DNA from: an uncultured Bacteroides sp.
GTDB lineage: Bacteria; Bacteroidota; Bacteroidia; Bacteroidales; Bacteroidaceae
Length of the DNA stretch: 64,000 bases
Reading direction: 5' to 3'
Assembly: GCA_959029255.1 (NCBI GenBank)
Contig: CAUFUE010000018.1
Location: 39,726-103,725 of the forward strand
Shown here piece after piece: positions 37,049-48,348 of the stretch. The notes beneath the pieces are model-generated. The model saw nothing but the letters and a program-made list of their open reading frames with translations, was not told the origin of the DNA and ran no database searches. The translations under genes and the position numbers were made by a program. Numbering within the stretch: the first letter of the stretch is position 1; every line of letters starts with the position of its first letter.

Positions 37049-38533
37049 TTATATTTTATTCTTTAATTTATTGATTTCGTTGTTTTCTTGTCTTTTTTCA
37101 CTTTTTGATAGACGTTCAATATAAGGACCGTTTAAAACAAATGAGATAAACATGGCAACTAGAAAACGCCCCGGATGAAATCCCATGGATCGGTTTACAT
37201 ATCCACTTAACCATAAACCGAAAACTCCACATAATAAGGCAGCAAGTAAGTTTCGTAGTTCTTTATCATGTATTTTAAACATGATAACATAACATCCTCT
37301 AAGTATGATTATGGATAAAAGCCCTAAATAAATACTTAAACCTACTACACCAGTCTCTACCCATATCCCAACATAATGGGAATCCGTGGGGATATATGGT
37401 TCATCCAATTGCATTAATCCTTCTTTATCTATAATATGCCCTCCAAGTCCTACACCAAAAGGTTTGTCATTTAGGTAATAGGCAAATCGTTTTTGATTTT
37501 CACGACGAACATTAAATGAAGCGTCTTCAGTGGGGCGGAATGCAGAGCGCATTCGTTTGATAAAAATATTACTATCACCTATATTGGTAAAATAAAAGAA
37601 ACTAAATATTAAGGCTCCTATTATACAACTGGTTGCCATAATTTTTACATTCTTACTTAATAAAAAATATAATATTATTCCACCAAATGGAACTATCATG
37701 GCTCCACGTGTACCTGACATCATTAAACCAAGTCCGGAAAGTAACATTACTAAAATGAAAAAAAAACGATAATATTTTGATGATATGTTGAAAGCTGCAA
37801 TGCCAAAAGTAATTGTAAACATACCCATTATTGCACCAAAATTACCTGCATCGGAAAAAAATGAGAAATAACGGATACCTGATTGCAAGAGATGGGTATG
37901 CCATGCTCCGCTGGCTAACCATGATATCTCTGTGGAATCCCAACCTTTTACCTTTTGCCAATATAATTTTATAGCAGCCGTTATGATATAAATACCTAAG
38001 AGTAATAAGGTGGTTCGCAATTTCTTAGAACTATTTAGAAGTATTCCTGAAAGAAAATAGGTCATAGGTACTGTAAAGAATACACTTTCCAAATTAATGA
38101 TGTCAATGGAAGAATCGTTAGGGTTCAATATTTGAAAAAGACAAATAATAAGCCAAACTCCATATGTAGATGTAAATATATTTATTCCAAGTGACCAAGG
38201 GAAGCCATGATTATTTGCTACATTTAATGCAATAGAAAATAAGCAGATTAATAGAAATATATCTAATATTACACTTAAACCGCTGATTTCCATGTATCTA
38301 TAGATGGCGGCAAAATAACAGACTGTAAATCCATACATTATATAGCTGAACATAGGATTCCGCAAAGCTATAACACATAAAAGTAAAGCAATGGGAGCCA
38401 TGAAAATAATATTAAATATTACCCAGTTTTGAAAAACTAATGAAAATGCCATGGCTACCAATCCCCCACATAATAACATAAAAGTTAAGCCTTTAGAGGA
38501 AAGATTAAATGTATATTTATTATTTATAGCCAT
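37049..38533 (-). CDS. O-antigen ligase / Wzy-like polymerase
   Basis: Multi-pass membrane protein with MSGTRGA, PFGVGLG and DSHYV..WVETGVVG motifs. Confidence 0.8.
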   Translation of the reverse strand: MAINNKYTFNLSSKGLTFMLLCGGLVAMAFSLVFQNWVIFNIIFMAPIALLLCVIALRNPMFSYIMYGFTVCYFAAIYRYMEISGLSVILDIFLLICLFSIALNVANNHGFPWSLGINIFTSTYGVWLIICLFQILNPNDSSIDIINLESVFFTVPMTYFLSGILLNSSKKLRTTLLLLGIYIITAAIKLYWQKVKGWDSTEISWLASGAWHTHLLQSGIRYFSFFSDAGNFGAIMGMFTITFGIAAFNISSKYYRFFFILVMLLSGLGLMMSGTRGAMIVPFGGIILYFLLSKNVKIMATSCIIGALIFSFFYFTNIGDSNIFIKRMRSAFRPTEDASFNVRRENQKRFAYYLNDKPFGVGLGGHIIDKEGLMQLDEPYIPTDSHYVGIWVETGVVGLSIYLGLLSIIILRGCYVIMFKIHDKELRNLLAALLCGVFGLWLSGYVNRSMGFHPGRFLVAMFISFVLNGPYIERLSKSEKRQENNEINKLKNKI

Positions 38534-38553
38534 GATATAGTTGTACTTGTTTA

Positions 38554-40719
38554 CTATTTTACTGCTGCCTTTTGAGCGGTTAAACCTAATTGGAAAATAC
38601 GACGAATAAGTGAGTGGCCGGAACTTTGCGGAGGTAACTCACCTGTAAACGACTCTACCACTTCACGATCCGCATTGTTTAGATAAAGCAGTATAGGCGC
38701 ATCTCCTATATTTTCTATAATTGTTTTCAACATGACATCATCGCTACTGCGCCATAAACGTGCAGCATTAGCTACTAATATATTAAGATCTGATATTTTT
38801 AAAGCAGGTAGTGGAATACTTGCGCTGCTAAAAGCGGGATATTCTACTAAGATGATGTTTGGCTCTTGCTCTGCGGAGTTTAATTCCCAAAAATCAGATA
38901 GGCGTTGAGCGCTAATATAATTGTTCTCATCAGGTTCAAAGTCGATTCCTGCTCTTACAATGCGGACTCTCATATTTTCTAGTTCCCAGTAATCGGCAAA
39001 GTATTTACTTAAGAAAGATTTTCCTTCACCTGGTTCCATACTCAACAAATTAATAATTGTTGGACGATTTGGTTTTAGGAAGTTGTTCATTTGTCGACAA
39101 CTGTATGCAGCCGCTATTCGATTGCATGCTTTGAGGAAACCACGAAATTTGAGATTGCTTGTACCATTGAATGCAGCAATAACAGGTAATTTGGTCAAAC
39201 GGAAGCTGCGGATTGGATCACGCAAAGTACGATCAAGGATTTCTATAAGAAGGAAGAATGTTGTAATAAAAATAATACTTCCTATAAATGCTATGAGTAT
39301 ATATAAGGAGCGTTTACGACCGTTGTCTGTCAACGGGAATGCAGGAGCGGCTATGGTCTGCAAATTACTGGTACTCATTTCTATATTTTTTAATCGTAAA
39401 TTAGCTTCTGCGAGTCCTTTTAGTTGAGTACGATAGTTATCTTCTGCTATACCGATTGCACGTTGTTTCCGAGTTACTTGTGTCCCCACAGGAGACATGT
39501 GGCTATATTGGTCAAATATATCTTGTTGTCTGTTTTTCAATACTTTTAATTCTGCACTGGCTCTAGCTTCATTTACTAACGCTTTAAGCCATTCTGCAAC
39601 CATTTCTTGAATACCTACACCTTCTTTTGTAAAGTTAAACTCGTTTAAGTTATCTGATATATGACTAATGTCCTTTTCTGCTTTTTGTAATTCTTCTTTG
39701 TTCTTTTTTAATTGTTCGTTATCTAGTTTTGCCGAATTGGAAATGAAAATTTCCTGTTCCATGATATTCTGATTAAGGGTACTTACTTTGTCCAATTCTT
39801 CAAGCAAATTGGTGTTGTTACGGATAATTTGTGCACGTATATCCATCTTGTTATCAAGCATTTCCCGTAGCGCTACTGCCCCTTCATAGGTTCGCATTGC
39901 TGATTCCAAGCGGTCATCTACGCCATAACGGGTATTGGCGAGTGCTTCCGTTTCTTCAGTGTAGTTGATAACACGTTCTTGTATGCAATAACGCATCAAG
40001 TCGTCTTCTTCATTATTTAAGTTGTTTTTAGCTAAACGTACTTGTTCTTTAAAGTATGCAATGACATCGTTTGTAGCTTTGAAACGTAGTATCTCATAGG
40101 CTTTTATTAATTCATCAATTAATAAACTTACTGTTTGTTGAGTAAGACCCGGATCGGCCGATGTATAACTGATGTCGAGTATATCGCTGTTGCCAGCTCG
40201 TTTTACTTCAATTTTATCTAACGCTTTAACGCTATAGAAAGGCTCTGAACGGTTAAATAATGCATAAATGAAATTTTTACTGTCGTTTTTTTTATATGCA
40301 ATCAGATTAGTTAACGTTTTAGAGACATCTTTTTTATCAACTAAAGCTAATATTTCTTTAGGAGTTATCTGAACTAATTGGCGATAATGTTTTGCCTGAA
40401 TATATTGGTTATCTTTCCATTCTTCGCCGAATGTCAGTGAATTAGCCAATAGGCGTATAGATACGTTTTCTAAAGTCCCACGTGATTTTGCAATGTTAAT
40501 AAGATTGTCAAATGTACTATTGATGATATTAAAACTTACATTTTCGCCATCAATAGCAGTCCCATTGGTGACACCTGCATATAGGCTGCTTTCTACTGTA
40601 TAACTATAAGGAAGAAATTGGGTGAAATAGATAACTAGACCTGTGACAAACAGACTACCCCATAACAACCAATATCGAATACGATATATAAACTGGGTTA
40701 TAAATTGTGCTATATCCAT
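38554..40719 (-). CDS. Wzc/GumC-like polysaccharide co-polymerase
   Basis: Two TM helices flanking coiled coils, ILDRTLRDP, Walker-A-like PGEGKS. Confidence 0.8.
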   Translation of the reverse strand: MDIAQFITQFIYRIRYWLLWGSLFVTGLVIYFTQFLPYSYTVESSLYAGVTNGTAIDGENVSFNIINSTFDNLINIAKSRGTLENVSIRLLANSLTFGEEWKDNQYIQAKHYRQLVQITPKEILALVDKKDVSKTLTNLIAYKKNDSKNFIYALFNRSEPFYSVKALDKIEVKRAGNSDILDISYTSADPGLTQQTVSLLIDELIKAYEILRFKATNDVIAYFKEQVRLAKNNLNNEEDDLMRYCIQERVINYTEETEALANTRYGVDDRLESAMRTYEGAVALREMLDNKMDIRAQIIRNNTNLLEELDKVSTLNQNIMEQEIFISNSAKLDNEQLKKNKEELQKAEKDISHISDNLNEFNFTKEGVGIQEMVAEWLKALVNEARASAELKVLKNRQQDIFDQYSHMSPVGTQVTRKQRAIGIAEDNYRTQLKGLAEANLRLKNIEMSTSNLQTIAAPAFPLTDNGRKRSLYILIAFIGSIIFITTFFLLIEILDRTLRDPIRSFRLTKLPVIAAFNGTSNLKFRGFLKACNRIAAAYSCRQMNNFLKPNRPTIINLLSMEPGEGKSFLSKYFADYWELENMRVRIVRAGIDFEPDENNYISAQRLSDFWELNSAEQEPNIILVEYPAFSSASIPLPALKISDLNILVANAARLWRSSDDVMLKTIIENIGDAPILLYLNNADREVVESFTGELPPQSSGHSLIRRIFQLGLTAQKAAVK

Positions 40720-40725
40720 ATTTAG

Positions 40726-41559
40726 TTATTTTTCTTTTATTATTTTTACGTTGGTAAGCATTTCTAAAAGAATTATTGAGTTATGCAAGGCAACGCGACT
40801 TTGTTCATAGTTCACTACTGCTGCAGAACGGCGAGCGCGTTCGAGTGATAATGTGATAATATCTATTTTTCCTTGTATAAAGTTGTTTTCAGATATTTTC
40901 ATTTGCGCATTATAAAGTGCTGCGTTTTCTGCTTTGGCTTTTATTGTTGCCAACTGTTCTGTCACAGAATTGTATGCTTCGAGTACTCGAAGTCGGCGTT
41001 CTTCCATTACTTCATCTTGGGTATACTGCAATTGCTCAATATCGTACTTGTATTTTTTTAATTTTAGAGGACGGTTGACTAAATCTCCTATGCTGACTCC
41101 GACACTGGCGCCGACGTTAAAATTATGTTGTGCACTAGCCATAGAAGTCTGATACATGGGGGTGTATTCGTCGCTGTTGTTACTAAGGATATTATAACGT
41201 CCGTATGAATATGCGCCGTTCAATTTGAAGTAGTTCCACCAATCACGTTTTTGCAATCTGTATTCGTTTTTCACTTGTTCCACCTGGGATTGCGCACGCT
41301 TCACTGTGGCATTCTCCGTGACAGCATCCAAGAAAACGGATAAGGGTGGAAGTTGTAACCTCTCTAATTCGGTCTTGGAGGGTTGCGATGCCAACTCTTT
41401 GTTATTTACTTCCATCTTGGTATCCTCAGTTTTCAACAGTTCCAATAGCTTGATACGTTCTTCACGTGTCATTTCCTGCGCGGAACCGCGCAATGGAAAC
41501 ACCAAAAGTCCCAAGAGGAACAGGGTGCCTGAGAGGATATTGATATATCTTTTTGCCAT
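40726..41559 (-). CDS. TolC-family outer-membrane protein
   Basis: Signal peptide, helical repeats, LPPLSVFLDA and a TolC-like beta-strand pattern. Confidence 0.7.
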   Translation of the reverse strand: MAKRYINILSGTLFLLGLLVFPLRGSAQEMTREERIKLLELLKTEDTKMEVNNKELASQPSKTELERLQLPPLSVFLDAVTENATVKRAQSQVEQVKNEYRLQKRDWWNYFKLNGAYSYGRYNILSNNSDEYTPMYQTSMASAQHNFNVGASVGVSIGDLVNRPLKLKKYKYDIEQLQYTQDEVMEERRLRVLEAYNSVTEQLATIKAKAENAALYNAQMKISENNFIQGKIDIITLSLERARRSAAVVNYEQSRVALHNSIILLEMLTNVKIIKEK

Positions 41560-41593
41560 TTATCTACTGTTTTATATAAGGTTCAGTTAATGT

Positions 41594-42766
41594 TTATACG
41601 TTTTCTTTCTGTATAAATGCCGTGAAAGTTTTCAGCAGTATTTTCATATCCAGCCAGAAAGAGAAGTCACGGGCATATTTTATATCGAGTTGTTTACGTT
41701 CTTCAGCCGACATTTTGCCCGCGCCGCCGCGTTTCTCTACCTGCCACAGACCGGTGAGCCCGGCGGGACCCATGAAGCGGTCGATGTATGCGTCGCTGGT
41801 CAGTAGTTCGGCTTCGTAGAGGGGGAGGGGGCGGTTGCCCACGATGCTCATGTCGCCTTTCAGGACGTTGAACAATTGGGGCAGCTCGTCGATGCTGTAT
41901 TTGCGGATGATGCGGCCCACGCGGGTGACGCGCGGATCGTTTTCTATCTTGACAAATGTATTCTTGGTCTCCTGGGCTTTTTGCTTGCGATAGTCTTCTT
42001 CGGAGATTACGAAATCATCTGAAATCAACAGGTTGCCTTCTGCTTCAAGGTTCCCGGTCAACTCGTCGAAAAGGATTTCAGGGGTGTCATTGCCATTGGG
42101 CGTCTCTTCTTCCATCTTATACTGGTTGAGGGCGTTCAGCTCTTTCAGGCGTTTGTCCGCGTTGGTGAACATGGAACGGAATTTCAGGAAGTTGAATATC
42201 TTATAGTTGCTTCCTACGCGCTGGGATTTGTAGATGATTTTGCCTTTGCTTTCGAGGCGGATGGCAATGGCAGTACCTATCAACAGGGGTGAAAGCGCCA
42301 CAATGGCGCCACTGGCGAAGAGGATGTCGAATAGGCGCTTCCATAGGGGAAGATGAAATGTGTTCAGCATTTTACGATGGGTGTCGCTGAATTCCTGCAT
42401 CTTGTGTGTCTTGCGTATTTGCAGGAAGTTGTTCATACGTTGGATGGTTTCTTCATTGGCTCGGGGGGGCAGGGTGTTGCTGACACCTGCTTGCAGATAG
42501 GGTTTGCGGTCTTCTGCCGCCAGTCCCTCGGTGACGAGGGTGATGTATACTCGCGGGAACCTTTTGTGGAGGTAGGAGATTTCGAGACAGTCTTTTTCGG
42601 AGGTGGTGTACTCGTAAAGGATGGAGGTGTTATACCGCTCACGAATTCCATCTATGACCTTGGCGGCTTTGTTTGCGCTGGAAACGGCAATAAACATACC
42701 TCCGGTGACTTTACTCAAGTGATCGATGGTAATTTTATTATTTCCTATATAGATGTAGTATAACAT
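41594..42766 (-). CDS. Priming sugar transferase with N-terminal degenerate receiver-like domain
   Basis: [41 protein letters not shown] and GLTGLWQV motifs. Confidence 0.9.
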   Translation of the reverse strand: MLYYIYIGNNKITIDHLSKVTGGMFIAVSSANKAAKVIDGIRERYNTSILYEYTTSEKDCLEISYLHKRFPRVYITLVTEGLAAEDRKPYLQAGVSNTLPPRANEETIQRMNNFLQIRKTHKMQEFSDTHRKMLNTFHLPLWKRLFDILFASGAIVALSPLLIGTAIAIRLESKGKIIYKSQRVGSNYKIFNFLKFRSMFTNADKRLKELNALNQYKMEEETPNGNDTPEILFDELTGNLEAEGNLLISDDFVISEEDYRKQKAQETKNTFVKIENDPRVTRVGRIIRKYSIDELPQLFNVLKGDMSIVGNRPLPLYEAELLTSDAYIDRFMGPAGLTGLWQVEKRGGAGKMSAEERKQLDIKYARDFSFWLDMKILLKTFTAFIQKENV

Positions 42767-42786
42767 ATCTTGTCCTTTAGGTTTTG

Positions 42787-43149
42787 TTAAAGAAGTCTCA
42801 TGATACGGACTCTTAATTCCAAGGGATTGAAGGGCTTGAGAATGTAGTCGGCCGCTCCGATTTCGAGGAGGTGGATCCGTTCGCTGGTGCTTTCTTCACT
42901 GGAGAGCATTATTACCGGTATGTTTTTGTATAATTCGTTGCTCTTGAGGTAGCTAAGAAAATCTGTCCCTGTCATATACGGCATGCGGATATCGGATATA
43001 ATAAGATCGGGATAGTTGCCTTCCAATAACCATTGGATGGCTTTTACCGCGTTTTCACAATATGCTATATCATATTCGCCACCTAAATAGATGTTGAGTA
43101 CTCTGCCTATGGTGGCTTTATCATCTACTAACAATATCTTTTTTTTCAT
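42787..43149 (-). CDS. Stand-alone response regulator receiver domain
   Basis: ILLVDD, PDLIISDIRMP..G and GAADYILKPF motifs. Confidence 0.92.
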   Translation of the reverse strand: MKKKILLVDDKATIGRVLNIYLGGEYDIAYCENAVKAIQWLLEGNYPDLIISDIRMPYMTGTDFLSYLKSNELYKNIPVIMLSSEESTSERIHLLEIGAADYILKPFNPLELRVRIMRLL

Positions 43150-43192
43150 TGCTTATGTTTGTTGATATGTTTGTTTTTTTATTTTTAGTATG

Positions 43193-45523
43193 TTATCTGT
43201 ATACATTTTCTTCGTTGGGGTGCAGATACCAGTCTTGGCAGGTGTTGTGATCGCGTGCCCAGTTGAGGAACTCGGGATATGCGCAATCACTATTATCTGC
43301 TTGGTTGCTGATATTGATGTATTCTTTGGGGTAACGGAAGTTGGGGACGCAGATGGCCCATGTGTTGTTACCGGCAAGGTCAAGATTGGTCTGCTGGATG
43401 GTTCCGGAAGCGGTGGGACCGTACTTCCAGAATTCATAGAGGTGGACTTCCATACGTTTCTCCATTGTCTTGTATTTATAGCAGATGAAGAAGTCGAGGT
43501 TGTCTTTGGTTATCTGGGGGGCGACGGTTTCGTCCTCAAATTCAATGATGATTTCGTAGGTGTATGTTTTCTTGGTTTGTCCGCCGGGAAGTGTGTTTAC
43601 CATACTTCCGGCTTCGGCATTCTCGTACACCTTGTGGGCATTGCCGAAGAGGGGGATGACGATGTTGTTGTCGTCCTGTTCTTGATGTTCGTCTATGTTT
43701 CTGAAGAACAGGTTGTCGCTTCCCAATGTTTGCTCAAAGCGTTTGTAGTCGCCCGCTACTTCTATTTCGTCGACGATATTTTTATTGACGTTTGCGAGAC
43801 GCAGTCCTGCGCCCAGGGTCTTGCCCGCACCGGTAGCGGCGAGGGTGACGTCAATCTGCATTTCCTTGATTTTATTGGTCTTACTATCACGTTTATAGAA
43901 GAAAGATACATCCAAAACGATGTCGTTGAAGTCATAGTCACCCACTAAAGGGAAGTTGTCTTCAAAGGCGTAGGTGTATTTTATCGGATTGGCGGACGTG
44001 CCGGAGCCGTCGGAAGGGGTGTTGCCGTCACCGGTGCATTCGCCTTGGGGGATGGTGATGGGGGATTCGCCCCATTTGGAGATAACGCCTGTGGAGTTGG
44101 ATAATGGCAGGAGGAATTGCTCTTTCCAGTTATCGTTGTTTGACAGGTATTCTTTTATTTCATAGTATATGTTTCCGCTCGTGACAAAACCTTGGGTAAG
44201 AGCCATTACTTTTTCTATCTTGACTAAAGCGTATTCCTTGCCGGTGTTTGCGGGGCCGGTGAAGGTACGGGCGCTCAGGACGGTCTGGCCTAACAGCAAT
44301 GCGGCATTTGCTCCCAGGTTGATGGTGGCTCCCCATTCGCCTTGGGTGGTGTTGTTATAGTTGGCGATTTCCGTGCGGCTGGCATCGCCCAACGTGAGAC
44401 TTCCGTTGAAAACGCCGGATTTAAGCCAACAGGCGTTTTCGATGAGTGTACCTCCGCCGTCGGCGGATTGGATTTGGCTAAAGGTGGCGTGCCCGTGGTT
44501 GATGAAACGGGAGCATTTGAATGTGCCGATATTTTCCATGAGCCCGCAGTTATAGAACGCTTTGTTGCCATAACCTTCTACTTGAAGTAAATCCAGGTTT
44601 TTAATGGTTCCGGCGTTGTAGTGATAGTAGGATGCTGTTTCGTTGATGTGGGACAGCTTGAGCTCACTTCCGCCATTCGGCATTTCACCTGTGACGGTGC
44701 CGCCCGGGAATACCGCCAGATAACCGTCGTTGGCGCTGAATGCCAAGGTCTTGTTCTTGGGTATGACGATTTCACCACCATTCAGGATATAAATGTCTGT
44801 TCCATTCCCTACATTCATATTGTTGCCCTTGGGAGTCCAGTTACCCTCTATGATGAGGATGGCGGGAGGATTGCCATTCCAGATGCCGTCGTTTTTCAGT
44901 TCGGCTTGATAGATTTCCCCTTGGGATATTTTGTAGACTTGCCCGGACTCGAGCCGAGTGCTTGGGGTCAATTCCACGGCGTTGGATAACAGCGCTTTTA
45001 TCTCGCTTTCCGTTTTCTTGGGAGTGGAAGTTGTGACGCTGACTTTTGAGCGCGCCGCTTTAGCGCTACGGGTGGCAGAAGCGGGGATGCCGAATGTGGT
45101 TCTGACCGCTTCGTTCTCTATGGGAACAAGTTTCATGATATTGCGGCCTGCGGGGTCTTCACGGCATACGTATACTTTGGTCTGTATGGAAGGGCAATCC
45201 ATGACGGTGCTGAATGTCAGCGAGTTGCTAGCTGTTCCTTCCGCCAAGAGGTGCGCGTCATTACTTTGATAGAGTGGGTCGGCGTCATAAACGCGTACGG
45301 TATAGTCAACTCCTGCATCTTCGAAAACGGAAACGTTGACTGCCACTTGCCGGGTCATTTTCCAATCCATATTTGGGTCAATGTCTTTTACCGGAAATTT
45401 GTCTTGGTAAGTTGCTTTTACTTTTTCAGCATTAAAGACATCGTCTTTACAGCTCTGAAAAAACGTACTTGCAACAAATATCGCAAGCAGTATATGACGG
45501 CTAAATCTTAGGCTTTTTTTCAT
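43193..45523 (-). CDS. LruC-domain (DUF4842-type) surface lipoprotein
   Basis: Lipobox FQSC, YTYAFEDNFPLVGDYDFNDIV, MEVHL and WAICVP.FRYPKE motifs. Confidence 0.8.
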   Translation of the reverse strand: MKKSLRFSRHILLAIFVASTFFQSCKDDVFNAEKVKATYQDKFPVKDIDPNMDWKMTRQVAVNVSVFEDAGVDYTVRVYDADPLYQSNDAHLLAEGTASNSLTFSTVMDCPSIQTKVYVCREDPAGRNIMKLVPIENEAVRTTFGIPASATRSAKAARSKVSVTTSTPKKTESEIKALLSNAVELTPSTRLESGQVYKISQGEIYQAELKNDGIWNGNPPAILIIEGNWTPKGNNMNVGNGTDIYILNGGEIVIPKNKTLAFSANDGYLAVFPGGTVTGEMPNGGSELKLSHINETASYYHYNAGTIKNLDLLQVEGYGNKAFYNCGLMENIGTFKCSRFINHGHATFSQIQSADGGGTLIENACWLKSGVFNGSLTLGDASRTEIANYNNTTQGEWGATINLGANAALLLGQTVLSARTFTGPANTGKEYALVKIEKVMALTQGFVTSGNIYYEIKEYLSNNDNWKEQFLLPLSNSTGVISKWGESPITIPQGECTGDGNTPSDGSGTSANPIKYTYAFEDNFPLVGDYDFNDIVLDVSFFYKRDSKTNKIKEMQIDVTLAATGAGKTLGAGLRLANVNKNIVDEIEVAGDYKRFEQTLGSDNLFFRNIDEHQEQDDNNIVIPLFGNAHKVYENAEAGSMVNTLPGGQTKKTYTYEIIIEFEDETVAPQITKDNLDFFICYKYKTMEKRMEVHLYEFWKYGPTASGTIQQTNLDLAGNNTWAICVPNFRYPKEYINISNQADNSDCAYPEFLNWARDHNTCQDWYLHPNEENVYR

Positions 45524-45807
45524 CGCTATAATCATATTATTTGATAGCTAGCAAAAATACGTTTATTTAAGTGAATAATGCCTGATGAAATGGGACAAAA
45601 GTATGTTTATTAACATTTTTAAACTTTTTAAGAGTGATTGGGGGGCAATGCCTTGTCATCAGGAGGATATATGGGGCAAGAGTAGGGGATTTGGGAAAAA
45701 ATAATCCGGGTAGGGATTGTGTGGAAATATCATGGATTTGTAGGTTGTTTTCCATGCTATTTGCACAGTCCGTACCCGGAGGGTATCAATGGTTGTCGTA
45801 CCTATTC

Positions 45808-48348
45808 TCAGGGTTTGACAAATATGTTGTCGTTGTGGTTGGAGTACCAGTTCAGGTTGTTTGTCCCACCGCTTGTCACCCAGCCTTTAAAGTCAGGGTA
45901 TACTTCGGTAATCATGCTCTTTTCCTTCGGCCATGCCCAAACTTCGTTGCCGGGGATGCAGATGCCCCATGCCAAGCCGTCGGCGCTCAGGTAGTAGCCT
46001 TTGGCGGCGACGTTGAAGATGGTGTTGTCGGCGGAGGCGTCGTTGCCGGTGCCAAAGCATGTTTTGTCGGCAAGGTCGGTGGGGGCATAGCCTGCCACGT
46101 GGACTTCGGTACGCTTGCTGCTTGCGGTGGCTACCTTGTTGATGATGAACACGTCCAGGTTTTTGATGTCCATGGCTTTGTCTGCTTCTTCGACGGTGGG
46201 GAAATTCAGCGTTATTTCAAAGTTGGCTCCGTCACCGGTGTTGTATTCACTGCTTACGCCGGGGTTGGTGCAGTAGAAGGTGAAATCATTATCGGCTATA
46301 TTGTTGTTTTTGCAGAACTTATGGGCGTTGTCGCACAGGATGAAGGTGGGGTTGCTCTGCCCGCTTTCGTAGGTGCCGGCATTTTGGGTTTTTATCTTTT
46401 CCACGGTCATTCCGTCGGTGCTGACGTTCAGAAGGCGGATACCTGCGCCCACCTGGCGTCCGGCGCCTACGGCACGGATACGTCCTTGGATGGAAACTTG
46501 CTTGTTGCCGCTGGTCTGACTGCGTTTGTCGATGGTGATGACGACGTCGTTCATGTCGAAGTCGCCGTAGATGGGCCATTGGTCTTCAAAAGCGTATGTG
46601 TAGACGGTAGCATCGTTTACGGGAGGAATGACAGGTTCGGATGGGCTGTTTCCTTCGTCGCCTTCGTTGATGATGCCGCCGCAGGTTTCGATGGTATATT
46701 TGGATTCATCGGGAGCAGAAGACGGGCAGTTGTTTTTGTTGACGGTAATATTGCTCTCGGCTATAGGGGTACCGCGTTGTCCGTCCTCAGTGGCTGTGTA
46801 TTCTCCTCCGGGTTCAAGTGCCAAACCATTGAAATCGGTGTTGCCCAGATAGCGGGTTTCGTTGGCTTTTATCATGGATACCGCATCGCCTTCGGCGGTG
46901 AACTCACTTGGATTTCCCGGCCTGAATATGTTTGCCAGGATGATGGAACCGTTCTTTAGAATGACTTTTGCATTATTGTCTACGGAGAATGTTCCGACGG
47001 GTTGCCACTGTGTGCCTTCTTGGGTTCCGGTGATGGCGCCATTGTCTAGGGTGATATAGCGGTAGTTCAGTTTTTCGGTGACGATGAATGTGCAGTTGTT
47101 ATACAGCGTGTTTCCGGAATTGTTGGAAACGCATTCATTCAATTTCATTGTGCCGTAGTTGTTGATTGCCGCCCCTCCGTTGATGGTGGTGGCTTCAACG
47201 AGGGCATCCTTATAGTTGTTGATGATGGATGAGGTAGTCTGGTTTACCCGGATACTTTTTGAATAGGAATCGTATTCTTTGGTAGTATTTATGGCATAGA
47301 CTTTACCGTAATTGTCGAGTTGGGAAGATTGCATATTGAAGTTCCCGTTCACGGTGAGGATGCCTTCTTTAGTGTTCAGTACTTTGCAGGATGTACTGGT
47401 ATTCAGCTCGTTTTGGGCGGTGAGGGTGCCGTGGTTGTAGAGGGAAGAGCCATTGTTGTCTTCTCCTTGCATTGTAAGGTTATCGGTGCAATCGATGGTA
47501 CTTGCATTGTATAGCTCGGAGGCCTTTTGGAAGGTTGCGGTTTTAGCGGTCAAAGAACCGAAGTTCTGCACGGAAGCGCCGGTATTGGCGGTAAGGGAAC
47601 CGCAGTTGACGCTACCGCTGCTGAGGATGATGAGTTTGGAGTTGACGGTGATACTGCCGGTCCAGTCATTTGCAGGATTGTTGTATTTGCCTTTGACATA
47701 GATGGTTGCATTGCCGGTAATTGATTTGGAGAATGTGCCGCTGATGACGTATGTGCCACCGTTCGGATTGAAGCCATAAGGGTAGTCTTCATCTTTCAAT
47801 TCGATGGCGTCTGCCGGCACTGCCGGTTCCGTATATTGCGGATCGGTGATGGTAGTCTCCGCACGAGTGGCGGTACGGGTGTTGGCGGCACGGGTATTGG
47901 TGTTGCTGATGTACAGCTTACAATTCATATTCTCTGCCGTGGCAAACTCGTACACTTCTTTCCGTTGCGCGGGGTCTGTCTGGCGGATATAGAGCTTCTC
48001 CAGAGTTTTGGGGACGGTGATTACCACTACATAATTGTCGCCTTGCTTGGCAACGCCGGTGGCGATGGGGGTGGCGGTGGCGTCGTTCAGCGGATTGGTG
48101 GTGAATACTTCTACTAAATAGTGGTATTGCCCGTTGAATTCATCTTTGACTTCAGCATTCAGTTTAACGGAGGTCACCATGGACCAGTCGAAGCCGTCGG
48201 GGGCGTTGAAATCACTTCCGAAGGGGTTTTCTGCCGGAGGAATCGGACGCGTTTTTTCGGGGTCATACACGTCGTTGTCCATACAGGCTGCCAACAACAG
48301 GGGGGCGGTGAGGATGGCGATTAGGCAAAAGCGATTGAACTTTTTCAT
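45808..48348 (-). CDS. LruC-domain (DUF4842-type) surface lipoprotein
   Basis: Lipobox LAAC, YTYAFEDQWPIYGDFDMNDVV, EVHVAGYAPT and WGICIP..WPKE motifs; promoter element TACCTTTG at 48393-48400. Confidence 0.8.
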   Translation of the reverse strand: MKKFNRFCLIAILTAPLLLAACMDNDVYDPEKTRPIPPAENPFGSDFNAPDGFDWSMVTSVKLNAEVKDEFNGQYHYLVEVFTTNPLNDATATPIATGVAKQGDNYVVVITVPKTLEKLYIRQTDPAQRKEVYEFATAENMNCKLYISNTNTRAANTRTATRAETTITDPQYTEPAVPADAIELKDEDYPYGFNPNGGTYVISGTFSKSITGNATIYVKGKYNNPANDWTGSITVNSKLIILSSGSVNCGSLTANTGASVQNFGSLTAKTATFQKASELYNASTIDCTDNLTMQGEDNNGSSLYNHGTLTAQNELNTSTSCKVLNTKEGILTVNGNFNMQSSQLDNYGKVYAINTTKEYDSYSKSIRVNQTTSSIINNYKDALVEATTINGGAAINNYGTMKLNECVSNNSGNTLYNNCTFIVTEKLNYRYITLDNGAITGTQEGTQWQPVGTFSVDNNAKVILKNGSIILANIFRPGNPSEFTAEGDAVSMIKANETRYLGNTDFNGLALEPGGEYTATEDGQRGTPIAESNITVNKNNCPSSAPDESKYTIETCGGIINEGDEGNSPSEPVIPPVNDATVYTYAFEDQWPIYGDFDMNDVVITIDKRSQTSGNKQVSIQGRIRAVGAGRQVGAGIRLLNVSTDGMTVEKIKTQNAGTYESGQSNPTFILCDNAHKFCKNNNIADNDFTFYCTNPGVSSEYNTGDGANFEITLNFPTVEEADKAMDIKNLDVFIINKVATASSKRTEVHVAGYAPTDLADKTCFGTGNDASADNTIFNVAAKGYYLSADGLAWGICIPGNEVWAWPKEKSMITEVYPDFKGWVTSGGTNNLNWYSNHNDNIFVKP

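Noticed and set aside
45634..46959. 441-aa plus-strand ORF, and similar long ORFs at 43190-43948, 54622-55464 and 56292-57350
   Set aside because: Antisense shadows of well-supported minus-strand genes, with no recognisable motifs.
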